This document shows, one piece after another, positions 5,910 through 12,886 of a DNA stretch of 12,886 nt. The translations under genes were made by a program, and so were the position numbers. The notes below the pieces were generated by a model. That model was given only the letters and a program-made list of their open reading frames with translations. It made no database searches and was not told the origin of the DNA. Within the stretch, counting starts at the first letter, position 1. Each line of letters begins with the position of its first letter. Source of the stretch: Planctomycetota bacterium (GTDB lineage: Bacteria; Planctomycetota; Planctomycetia; Pirellulales; Lacipirellulaceae); contig JBCCXZ010000086.1 in the NCBI GenBank assembly GCA_039190745.1, positions 1 to 12,886 of the forward strand. The letters are read 5' to 3'.

Positions 5910-6719
5910 GTGCCCCGCAACGTCCACAGCCGCGACATCACCGGGCAGCTCATCATGCTCGGCACCGGCACGTCCGTGGGCGTCCCCACCATCGGCTGCG
6001 GCTGCGACGTCTGCACCAGCGACGACCCCCGAAACCGCCGCACCCGCTGCGGCCTCGCCCTGGGCCTGCCCGAGGGCAACCTGCTCGTCGACACCCCGCC
6101 CGACCTCCGCGAGCAACTCCTCCGCGAGGGTATCGGCCTAGTCCACTCCGTGCTCTACACCCACGAGCATGCCGACCACATCTTCGGGCTCGACGACCTG
6201 CGGCTGATGCAGTTCTACCTGGGCGGCCCCGTGCGGCTGTACTGCGAAGAGAAGGTCGAGCAGCGCATCCGCAAGGCGTACGACTACGCCTTCGCCGACC
6301 CCAGCCTCAGCACCCACTCCGGCGCCGTTCCCAAGCTCGAAGTCGAGCGTATCGGGCTAGAGCCTTTCGACATCCTGGGCCAGCACGTCGTGCCGTTGCG
6401 GCTGGAGCACGGGCCGCGGTTCGAGGTGCTCGGCTTCCGCTTCGGCAACGTCGCCTACTGCACCGACACAAGCCGCATCCCGCCCGAGAGCATGGCTCTC
6501 CTCGAGGGCCTCGACGTGCTGATCCTCGACTGCCTCCGCCACGAGGCGCACGTGACGCACTTCGGCGTGGCCGAGGCGGTGGACATTGCCGAGCAGCTCA
6601 AGCCTAAGCAGGCTTACCTCACGCACATGAGCCACGAGCTGGACTACGCCCGCTTCGCCGCCGAACTGCCCGACGGCGTGGCGCCCGCCTACGACGGACT
6701 GGCGATCCCGCTCACCTAG
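5910..6719 (+). CDS. Metallo-beta-lactamase-fold hydrolase, PhnP-like phosphodiesterase subfamily
   Basis: LGTGTSVGVP, CGCDVC structural Zn motif, THEHADH (HxHxDH), HG, YCTD, THF, THMSH and AYDGL. The GTG start is uncertain by about 15 codons. Confidence 0.9.
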   Translation: MPRNVHSRDITGQLIMLGTGTSVGVPTIGCGCDVCTSDDPRNRRTRCGLALGLPEGNLLVDTPPDLREQLLREGIGLVHSVLYTHEHADHIFGLDDLRLMQFYLGGPVRLYCEEKVEQRIRKAYDYAFADPSLSTHSGAVPKLEVERIGLEPFDILGQHVVPLRLEHGPRFEVLGFRFGNVAYCTDTSRIPPESMALLEGLDVLILDCLRHEAHVTHFGVAEAVDIAEQLKPKQAYLTHMSHELDYARFAAELPDGVAPAYDGLAIPLT

Positions 6720-6739
6720 AACCGCCCGCAGGCCAGAGG

Positions 6740-8917
6740 TTACCGGGCCTTGGCGATGTTCCGCTCGCGTAGCAGGTTGAGGTAGTCCACCGCGATCGCC
6801 ATCACCTCGTCGTTGTAAGGCGTGCTCTCGAACACCGGCTTGTCTTCGTCCTGCATGTCTTCGAAGACCTCTTCTTGGTCCTTCTCGGTGTTCACCTCTT
6901 CACGCTCGGCGAGGAACTTCTCTTTGTTGAGCGTCACGGTCGGGTCTTCCTTGCGCTCCAGGTACTTCTCGATCGCCTGGCGCTCGTCCTGGAAGTACTC
7001 GGCTTCGGCCGTTCGCACGTCGGAGCGTCGGCGCAGCTCCTGGATCACCTGCGGCGAGGCCCAGGGGTAGTTGCGGTGCGGCAGCGGACGCACCTGGTCG
7101 AACGCCATCGCGTAGTCGAGGTCGGCCTCGCCCACCTCCCAGTGCGTGGTGCGCGAGGGCAGCTCGATGTCCGACACGACGCCGCGGTTCTGCGTGCTGT
7201 CCCCGCTGGGCCGGTAGAACTGCTGGATTGTCAGCTTCAGCGCGCCCATGTTCTGCCCGCCGCGGATCGGAAGCAGCACGTCGCCCAGGTCGAACAGCTG
7301 CTGCACCGTGCCCTTGCCGTGCGTCGACTGGTCGCCGACGATAATCCCCCGGCCGTAGTCCTGGATCGCCCCGGCGAAGATCTCGCTGGCGCTGGCGCTG
7401 AAGTGGTTGATGAGCACAATCAGCGGGCCGGACCACTCCTCGCCGCGGTTGCGGTCGTCGTACGGCAGCACGCGGCCGTCGGGGCCCTTCACCTGCACCA
7501 CCGGGCCCTGGTCGATGAACAGGCCCGTCGTGTCGACCGACTCCGGCAGCGACCCGCCGCCGTTGAAACGCAGGTCCATGATCACCAGGTCGACGCCCTG
7601 CTTGTTGAAATCATTGAGGAGCCTCCGCACGTCCCGCGAGGTGCTCTTGAAGTCCTCACGGCCGGCGCGGCGGCCCTCCATGTCCATGTAGAAGCTCGGC
7701 AGGTCGATGACGCCAATCCGGTACGTGGCGCCCGCGGGGGTCTGCCCCTCGAGGACTTGACCTTCCGGTGAATCGCCCTTCCCGGCTTCCCCCGCGTCCT
7801 CAGCCGGCGCGTTGGGGTCGACGAGTCCCTTGTCGGTCAGCACCCGCTCGACGATCTCGCTGCGGGCCTCGCTGTCCTTCAGCTCGATCCGCGCCCGGGT
7901 AATGTCGTAGAACGTCATCCCCGACTTGTCTTCGGGCTTCACTTCCAGCCGGACGATCGTGCCCGGCTCGCCTCGGATGAGCTGCACGACGTCGTTGATC
8001 TTCATGTCGACGATGTCGATCAGTTCGCCGTTCGCCCCCTGGGCGACGCCGGTGATGATGTCCCCAACCGCCAGCCGGCCGTCCTTGTCGGCCGCGCCTC
8101 CGGGCACGATCCGCCGTACGATCGTCTCGCCGTACTTCGATTCCAGCGAGGCGCCGATGCCGTTCAGCTCCAGCCGCATCTGGATGTTGAAGTTCTCCAG
8201 CGTGCTGGGCGACATGTAGCTGCTGTGCGGGTCGAAGCTCTTGGTGAGCGATGACAGGAACAGTTCGAGCAGCTCGTCGTTGTCGGTCTGGTTCAGCCGG
8301 CGGCGGAGGCTGGTGTACCGCTTGGTCAGCTTCTCCTTGGCCTCGTCGGACTCCACGCCGTCCGCGTCGAACACCAGCAGCTCGTACTTCACCCGCTTCC
8401 GCCATTTCTCGTTCATCTCCGCCTCGGTGGCGGCGTAGGTCGTCTTCTCCGGGTCGGCGACGATCGTCTCGTCCACCGCGAAGTCGTGCGGCACTTCGAT
8501 CTGTGTCAACGCATAGTCCACCCGCTCATCCAGGCGTTGCAGGTAGAGGTCAAAAAGACGCTTCGCGAACCCAAGCTTTCCGCTGCGGACGTAGTCGTCG
8601 ATCTCCTTCTCACGCTCTTGGAACTGCTCGACGTCGCTCTGGTAGAAATAGAGTTTTCGGGGGTCGAGCGACTTGAGGTACATCTCGAGGGTCCGCCGAG
8701 AGACCTCGTCGTCTACCCGCATCGTCGAGAGGTGCTTCCGGTCGACCATCGCGCCGACGCTCATGGCGATGTTCCGGTCGCCGCGGGTCGGTTCGGTCGG
8801 CCGGGCTAACACCGCCGGCGCCACGATCGCCGCAGCAAGCAAAGCCAGCAGTAGGGCCGAGAACAACCGGCAGCGGGACAACCCGCGAACGACAGACCCC
8901 AGGGGAAGCAACCTCAT
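6740..8917 (-). CDS. prc: Carboxy-terminal processing (tail-specific) protease, S41A, Prc/Tsp type
   Basis: Signal peptide, long helical N-domain (LDPRKLYF, FDPHSSY), PDZ (GIGASL, GGAADKDGRL, IRGEPGT), DLRFNGGG, catalytic SASASEIF and GKGTVQ, QFYRPSGDSTQ, and an acidic C-terminal domain. Shine-Dalgarno AGAGGA lies 7 nt before the ATG. Confidence 0.94.
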   Translation of the reverse strand: MRLLPLGSVVRGLSRCRLFSALLLALLAAAIVAPAVLARPTEPTRGDRNIAMSVGAMVDRKHLSTMRVDDEVSRRTLEMYLKSLDPRKLYFYQSDVEQFQEREKEIDDYVRSGKLGFAKRLFDLYLQRLDERVDYALTQIEVPHDFAVDETIVADPEKTTYAATEAEMNEKWRKRVKYELLVFDADGVESDEAKEKLTKRYTSLRRRLNQTDNDELLELFLSSLTKSFDPHSSYMSPSTLENFNIQMRLELNGIGASLESKYGETIVRRIVPGGAADKDGRLAVGDIITGVAQGANGELIDIVDMKINDVVQLIRGEPGTIVRLEVKPEDKSGMTFYDITRARIELKDSEARSEIVERVLTDKGLVDPNAPAEDAGEAGKGDSPEGQVLEGQTPAGATYRIGVIDLPSFYMDMEGRRAGREDFKSTSRDVRRLLNDFNKQGVDLVIMDLRFNGGGSLPESVDTTGLFIDQGPVVQVKGPDGRVLPYDDRNRGEEWSGPLIVLINHFSASASEIFAGAIQDYGRGIIVGDQSTHGKGTVQQLFDLGDVLLPIRGGQNMGALKLTIQQFYRPSGDSTQNRGVVSDIELPSRTTHWEVGEADLDYAMAFDQVRPLPHRNYPWASPQVIQELRRRSDVRTAEAEYFQDERQAIEKYLERKEDPTVTLNKEKFLAEREEVNTEKDQEEVFEDMQDEDKPVFESTPYNDEVMAIAVDYLNLLRERNIAKAR

Positions 8918-8939
8918 ACGATCGTCCTCTCTTCTCTAT

Positions 8940-8969
8940 CTTTGCCTAAGTGGGCTTTGCCTAAGTGGG
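8940..8969. repeat. Perfect 15-bp tandem duplication CTTTGCCTAAGTGGG x2 in the prc leader
   Basis: 8940-8954 equals 8955-8969, followed by a degenerate partial third copy (CTCTGTCT). Confidence 0.85.
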
Positions 8970-9348
8970 CTCTGTCTCGACAGCGAGCGACACCGCCGAG
9001 TGTGCGACGGGGCCCTGGATTTGGCTTCAGAGCGACGGTGTCTTTCTAGGGCACAGCGCCCGGGATGGCTGCGTGGGGCAAAAAAGACCTGCGGGAACTA
9101 GCGGGGCGGCCGCGGCTGCACCCCCGACCCGCCGGCGGTCGCCGCCCAAGGGCGAGATCAGCACGACGGCCCGCGGGCTCAGGCCCGCGAATTACCGCAC
9201 AGAGGCCCATCAGAAGCAGCACGCTAAGCGAGGGTATCGTAGCCGGCGCGACCGACAGCGGCAAGGTCGAGACGACTGCCGCGGAAACCCAACCCGCTGC
9301 GGCCAAACCACTTGCCTGCATGCGGCCGAAGCGGCACGCCCCGGCCCC

Positions 9349-10380
9349 CTATTGCCCGCCCGTCGTGTCTCCCCTACCGGAATCGCGCGGCCCGCCCGTC
9401 GAGGTCTTGCCGGTTGGGTCCGGGATTGGAGCCACTCCGTAGTCGACTAACTCGGTCACGCTGTGACGCACGCGGCGGCCTTCGCTGTCGGTGTCGGTGG
9501 AAGATGCCTCCACGGCCCCGCCCGGCACCGATTCGCATAGAAAGACCGACCGGACGGTACGGCCCTTGGCAGAACGCCGGCTCCAACGCGTCCGGCAGCC
9601 GGACACGATCCGCCCGCGTAGCAGGTACGGCACGGGCATCGTCGTCACCTCCATCGACAGCGTCGCTTCGGGCCCGCCGCCCTCCTCCTCCGTCAACACA
9701 GTGCGGCTCATGCGCACCGCGTGCGGGAAGCCATCCCTGCGGTAGTGGGTCTGTTGCACAACGGTCTCATTTTCGTCGGCGTAACGGAACTCCCAGAGCC
9801 GGCACTCAAAGGGCTCCCCATGAACTTCGACCGTTGCGGCTCCGAGGTCGGCGGACTCGATCAACCGCCCCGGCTCGTCGGTCGCGAGCTTGAGCGCGCG
9901 GGTCTTCCAGTCTCCAGACACTTGCTTGCCGTCCAGGTCCACCGCCGCCTTCACGTCGAGCACGTAGGTGTCGTCCACCACCGCCTTCAGCACTTCGTGC
10001 TTTGTGGTGACGCTCTTTCCGAGCAGCGAGCCATCGGGGTTGAACGTCTCGGTGATGGTCCGCAGCACGCGGTAAGACCCAACCGGGAACCGCCCCCAGA
10101 GGTGCGTCGCGGCGGGGAACACGGGCGAGGGCGCCGGCTCGTCTTTCTCGTCCGGCACCGGCAGCTCAGGCGTAGGCAGCTCCGACGCGGGCACAGCATC
10201 GGCCTCGACGCGCGCCGGCTGCTCCGCGCTATCAGCGGCTTCAGCGGGGGCGTCGAAGGTCTCTTGGCCCTGCGCGCCAGGCACGCTCGATCCGCCCACA
10301 AAGAGCAAGCCGGCCAGCAAGGCGGCAGTCAACGACGAGAGCGGTCGATTCGGATTCAACAGTCGAGCTTTCTGACCCAT
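9349..10380 (-). CDS. Hypothetical exported protein, beta-strand-rich, function unknown
   Basis: From ATG 10380 there is a signal-peptide-like N-terminus (LTAALLAGLLFVGG...AQG/Q), an acidic Pro-rich linker, then a globular Thr/Val-rich domain (HLWGRFPVGSYRVLRTITETF...VPGGAV...TELVDYG). The track's extension to 10776 overlaps the SelA-like gene and is unlikely. Confidence 0.78.
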   Translation of the reverse strand: MGQKARLLNPNRPLSSLTAALLAGLLFVGGSSVPGAQGQETFDAPAEAADSAEQPARVEADAVPASELPTPELPVPDEKDEPAPSPVFPAATHLWGRFPVGSYRVLRTITETFNPDGSLLGKSVTTKHEVLKAVVDDTYVLDVKAAVDLDGKQVSGDWKTRALKLATDEPGRLIESADLGAATVEVHGEPFECRLWEFRYADENETVVQQTHYRRDGFPHAVRMSRTVLTEEEGGGPEATLSMEVTTMPVPYLLRGRIVSGCRTRWSRRSAKGRTVRSVFLCESVPGGAVEASSTDTDSEGRRVRHSVTELVDYGVAPIPDPTGKTSTGGPRDSGRGDTTGGQ

Positions 10381-10465
10381 GACGAGCAGGCGAGCCACCA
10401 GTTTAATCACCCGGCGGCCCCGAGTCAGCCGCCGCGGCGCGGGAAGTGCGCCTGCCCGCTGCCGC

Positions 10466-11557
10466 TTACCCGAAGCCGGATTCGGTCGCCGCGACAAGCC
10501 GCTGGTCCCACCGGGGGAAAACCGCACGCAGGTCCAGGTGCAGTGCGTCTGAGCGTTGGCGAGCCGCCACACGCTCGTCCCGTTCCAACCGCGCCGCGGC
10601 CGACTCGACCGAGGCAGTTCCCGACTCCACGCGCACGCACCACGTCGAAGCCTCCAGGTGCAGCCCGTCCGCTTTGCACCAAGGCGAGATATCTTCCATC
10701 GGCTCGGCCGCGGCCACGCCAGGGATCGCGGCGAGCAGCGGCGCCAGCCTTTCGGCACGCTGCCGCAGGTTGTCACGCGGGGTGGTGAGCAAGCTCCAAA
10801 CGGGCAGCTTGTGGATCAGCGTCTCACGGTCTTGGTACAGCCCGAGCGTCGCTTCCAATGCCGCCAAAGCCACCCGGTTGGGCGCCGCCGCGGCGTATGC
10901 TTCGTGTTCCCGTACGCCTTGCAGCGTCGAACTGCGGCCGAACACAACCGCACAAGCCGGTCCGCCCAGCAGCCCGTCGCCAGAAACCGCCACGGCATCC
11001 GCCCTGTCTTTCAGTCGCGCTGCTACTGTCGGCACCGACGCCAGTCCGTGCGTCTCCGGATCCACCAAACCCGCGATCCATGCACGCTCGAAGTTGTCCC
11101 AACCCGCCGCCAGGCAGCACGCCTCGAGCGCTGCCCGCGAAGAGAACACCAGGGCGTCCTCGCAACCCGCCGCCGCGGCCGCCGCCTGCTCCACCGAACG
11201 CACGTAAGCACCGTCAACCATCGCGTAGTCGCTCGCCAAGACCATCACGCGATGGACCGCCGCTTCGCTGAGCGGCACGCCGTCCCACACGCCCCCGAGT
11301 ACCACGCCCGTGGCGTTCACCAACGGCTCCGCGTGTCCCCGCTCACGGAGCACACGGCGAACGAACGCTTCGGCCAAGTCGCCAACGTTGGTCGGCACGC
11401 CCTCCACGGCTCGCGCGGCTCCTGCGCGCAGCTCGTTCAAGAACCCCGTCGCCTGCTGGGCAATGGTCGATTGATTCACCCGCTCCAGCGCACGCTGCAC
11501 GGTAGGGTGTTCCAGCAGCTCGCTGAGCTGCGGCAAGTCACGGAGGGAGGGCGGCAT
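10466..11557 (-). CDS. SelA-like protein (selenocysteine synthase homolog) lacking the catalytic PLP lysine; probable pseudoenzyme
   Basis: SelA landmarks in order: LRDLPQLSELL, LVNATGVVL, AGCEDALVF, GLVDPETHGL..VPTV, SGDGLLGGP, LAALEATLGLY, LPVWSLLT, LHLDLRAV. The ORF is uninterrupted, 363 aa from ATG 11557. Confidence 0.85.
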   Translation of the reverse strand: MPPSLRDLPQLSELLEHPTVQRALERVNQSTIAQQATGFLNELRAGAARAVEGVPTNVGDLAEAFVRRVLRERGHAEPLVNATGVVLGGVWDGVPLSEAAVHRVMVLASDYAMVDGAYVRSVEQAAAAAAGCEDALVFSSRAALEACCLAAGWDNFERAWIAGLVDPETHGLASVPTVAARLKDRADAVAVSGDGLLGGPACAVVFGRSSTLQGVREHEAYAAAAPNRVALAALEATLGLYQDRETLIHKLPVWSLLTTPRDNLRQRAERLAPLLAAIPGVAAAEPMEDISPWCKADGLHLEASTWCVRVESGTASVESAAARLERDERVAARQRSDALHLDLRAVFPRWDQRLVAATESGFG

Positions 11558-11592
11558 TTCAGAGTTGCTTCCAGGGGGCTGCGATCCGACCA

Positions 11593-11622
11593 ATTATGGT
11601 GGAGGCGAGCGTTGGAAGTCTA
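11593..11622 (-). promoter_or_regulatory. Candidate promoter TAGACT-N18-CATAAT for the SelA-like gene
   Basis: Minus-strand TAGACT (11622-11617) and CATAAT (11598-11593), 35 nt before ATG 11557. Confidence 0.35.
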
Positions 11623-11767
11623 TGAGATGCAGGGCAAGTGCCCTAAAGAAATCGCTGCAAGAGGCCTCGCGGCTCGTAAACAAGAGCGGGCTTGAACCCT
11701 TGCGAAGCCGCAGCGAAGCAACTGAGCCAGGACAGCTAAACGGATAGAACAAGAAACCCAGCCGAGG

Positions 11768-11992
11768 CTATTTCTTCTCGACGCCAGAGCTCTTCAACCC
11801 AACTTGCTCCGGCGACGGAAACGGGTCGTTCTTCACGAGCTTCGTGATCTCCCGCTCGTCGTGACGGCTGGTGGAGCCCGGTCCTCCGGAACCGCCCGTC
11901 CACGACTGGCACCCGCACGCCGCGAGCCCGCAGGCCGTGAGGATGAACCCGGCGCAAGCCGCCGATCGCAAACGCAACAAGCTACGCGTCAT
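11768..11992 (-). CDS. Small putative lipoprotein (74 aa)
   Basis: GGAG lies 8 nt before ATG 11992. Basic N-terminus, hydrophobic stretch, lipobox-like LAAC/ACGC, Gly-Ser linker and a C-terminal NDPFPSPEQVGL motif. Confidence 0.7.
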   Translation of the reverse strand: MTRSLLRLRSAACAGFILTACGLAACGCQSWTGGSGGPGSTSRHDEREITKLVKNDPFPSPEQVGLKSSGVEKK

Positions 11993-12080
11993 CTCAATCA
12001 CTCCGCTCAACGACTCCGACGGAAGTGTCCGCGTGCTGGAGCAGGCTTGGCTGTTGCGGCCCGGCTCCCAACACGCATGA

Positions 12081-12617
12081 CTACGGTTTGAGCCGGGGCT
12101 GAGACATCCACTCGCCTACGGTCTGCGGGCCCCTCGGCTCCTGCTTCGGAGTGAACAGCCGCTGCCAGAACGGCTCCTTCGGCCGCGACCGAGCCTGGGG
12201 CGACTTGGTCTTGGGGCCGGGGCTCACGATACCTTTGAATCCGTTCCACGCTTGTTTCGTCCCTTCGCCGATCTTCCGCGCCCCCGCTTCGATCGGCGCG
12301 AAGAACGACGCGCCGTCCTCGCCCGACCACGGGAAAGAGATCTTCGGCGGCTTGAATTCCGGGAACGTGATCTTCGGCGCCGGGATGCTTGGCCAGCTCA
12401 CCTTGATCAGCCCGCCGCGCTTCTCTTCTTTGGCGACCGCCTTCTCCACTGCATCGGAGGACGGCATCGTCTGCTCCGCCTCAGGCGCGGCGTCGCCGGA
12501 GCTGCTAAGGACTTGGCCCGTAGCGCTGGTGAGCCCCGCCATCGAGCAGACGATGGCCCCGGCCCAAAGCACGCCGGCGCTCACGGTTCTTGGACGATAG
12601 GTTGCGTGAAGTTTCAT
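12081..12617 (-). CDS. Hypothetical exported Pro/Lys-rich protein (178 aa)
   Basis: GGAGGG lies 8 nt before the ATG. Signal-peptide-like N-terminus, repeated PKI[TS]FP, and C-terminal PQTVGEWMSQPRL. Confidence 0.8.
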   Translation of the reverse strand: MKLHATYRPRTVSAGVLWAGAIVCSMAGLTSATGQVLSSSGDAAPEAEQTMPSSDAVEKAVAKEEKRGGLIKVSWPSIPAPKITFPEFKPPKISFPWSGEDGASFFAPIEAGARKIGEGTKQAWNGFKGIVSPGPKTKSPQARSRPKEPFWQRLFTPKQEPRGPQTVGEWMSQPRLKP

Positions 12618-12775
12618 GGAAGATGCCCTCCGGGCGCGTGTGAGCTGGGCCGCCGCCCATAGGAGTCTGCCGGCAGCGGGCGCGGAGCTTTCCAGATCGC
12701 TCCCGGCACGTCCAGCCCGATCGGGCGAGGCACGGTCTGCCTGCGTGCTCGTCGGTCGTCGAGCGCCCAGTCAGA

Positions 12776-12804
12776 TTGCTGCTACTCTGGCAATCCCGTA
12801 GGAT
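12776..12804 (+). promoter_or_regulatory. Sigma70-like promoter TTGCTG-N17-TAGGAT pointing off the right edge
   Basis: TTGCTG 12776-12781, 17-nt spacer, TAGGAT 12799-12804. Confidence 0.45.
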
Positions 12805-12854
12805 GCCAGAGGGACTTCGGAGTCGACTTCGCACACGCCCAGGACCACCGACCG

Positions 12855-12886
12855 TTGACCAAGAAACTCGAAAACCTCGGCTTTAT
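12855..12886 (+). CDS. Possible 5' end of a divergent gene (MTKKLENLGF...), truncated by the window edge
   Basis: TTG at 12855 with AGGA at 12841-12844, downstream of the promoter candidate. Only 10 codons are visible. Confidence 0.3.
   Translation, partial: MTKKLENLGF

Noticed and set aside
6720..6739. Intrinsic terminator between the convergent metallo-hydrolase and prc genes
   Set aside because: The gap is only 20 nt, with no stable hairpin or U-tract.
8965..9450. Short ORFs in the region between prc and the hypothetical gene (8965-9450 +, 9065-9442 +, 9046-9321 -)
   Set aside because: They have no motifs, no clear SD and no coding-like codon bias, and are more simply explained as the prc promoter and leader region.
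10381..10776. N-terminal extension of the hypothetical protein to 10776, as given in the ORF track
   Set aside because: It overlaps the SelA-like gene by about 310 nt, is Arg-rich and unstructured, and would bury the signal peptide that follows ATG 10380.
10466..11767. Functional selenocysteine locus (selA with tRNA-Sec, SECIS, or UGA read-through genes)
   Set aside because: The catalytic Lys is absent, I could not see a tRNA-Sec cloverleaf, selB or selD, and no neighbouring gene needs UGA read-through to be complete.
1..12886. CRISPR array associated with the cas3 fragment
   Set aside because: I saw no regularly spaced direct repeats with unique spacers. The repeats found are inverted doublets or short tandem units.

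Overview
This is high-GC bacterial DNA (hand-counted 60-nt lines about 70% GC). Gene content and the style of the hypothetical proteins suggest a planctomycete (Pirellulales-like); this is an inference. Gene order: [cas3 fragment, -] dksA/traR-family (+), HtrA protease (+), REP-like inverted repeat pair, low-GC DEDDh exonuclease-TerB-like-BRCT gene (+), nucleoside hydrolase homolog (-), second REP-like pair, trpD (+), PhnP-like metallo-hydrolase (+), Prc/Tsp protease (-), exported hypothetical (-), SelA-like protein (-), small lipoprotein (-), exported hypothetical (-), and probably the start of a divergent gene at the right edge. Five observations stand out. (1) Bases 1-116, absent from the ORF track, are an AT-rich internal piece of a Cas3 helicase (LVLCTATQPAL) joined abruptly to the dksA upstream region. 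(2) The SelA homolog is an intact ORF but has lost its PLP lysine (SGDK to SGDG) and a large part of the PLP domain, so it looks like a pseudoenzyme. (3) The nucleoside hydrolase has substitutions concentrated at ribose 2'-OH contacts (D14G, N39C, HD to HE). (4) A foreign exonuclease-TerB-BRCT gene sits directly beside a REP-like pair. (5) There are two different REP-like families showing compensatory base changes.
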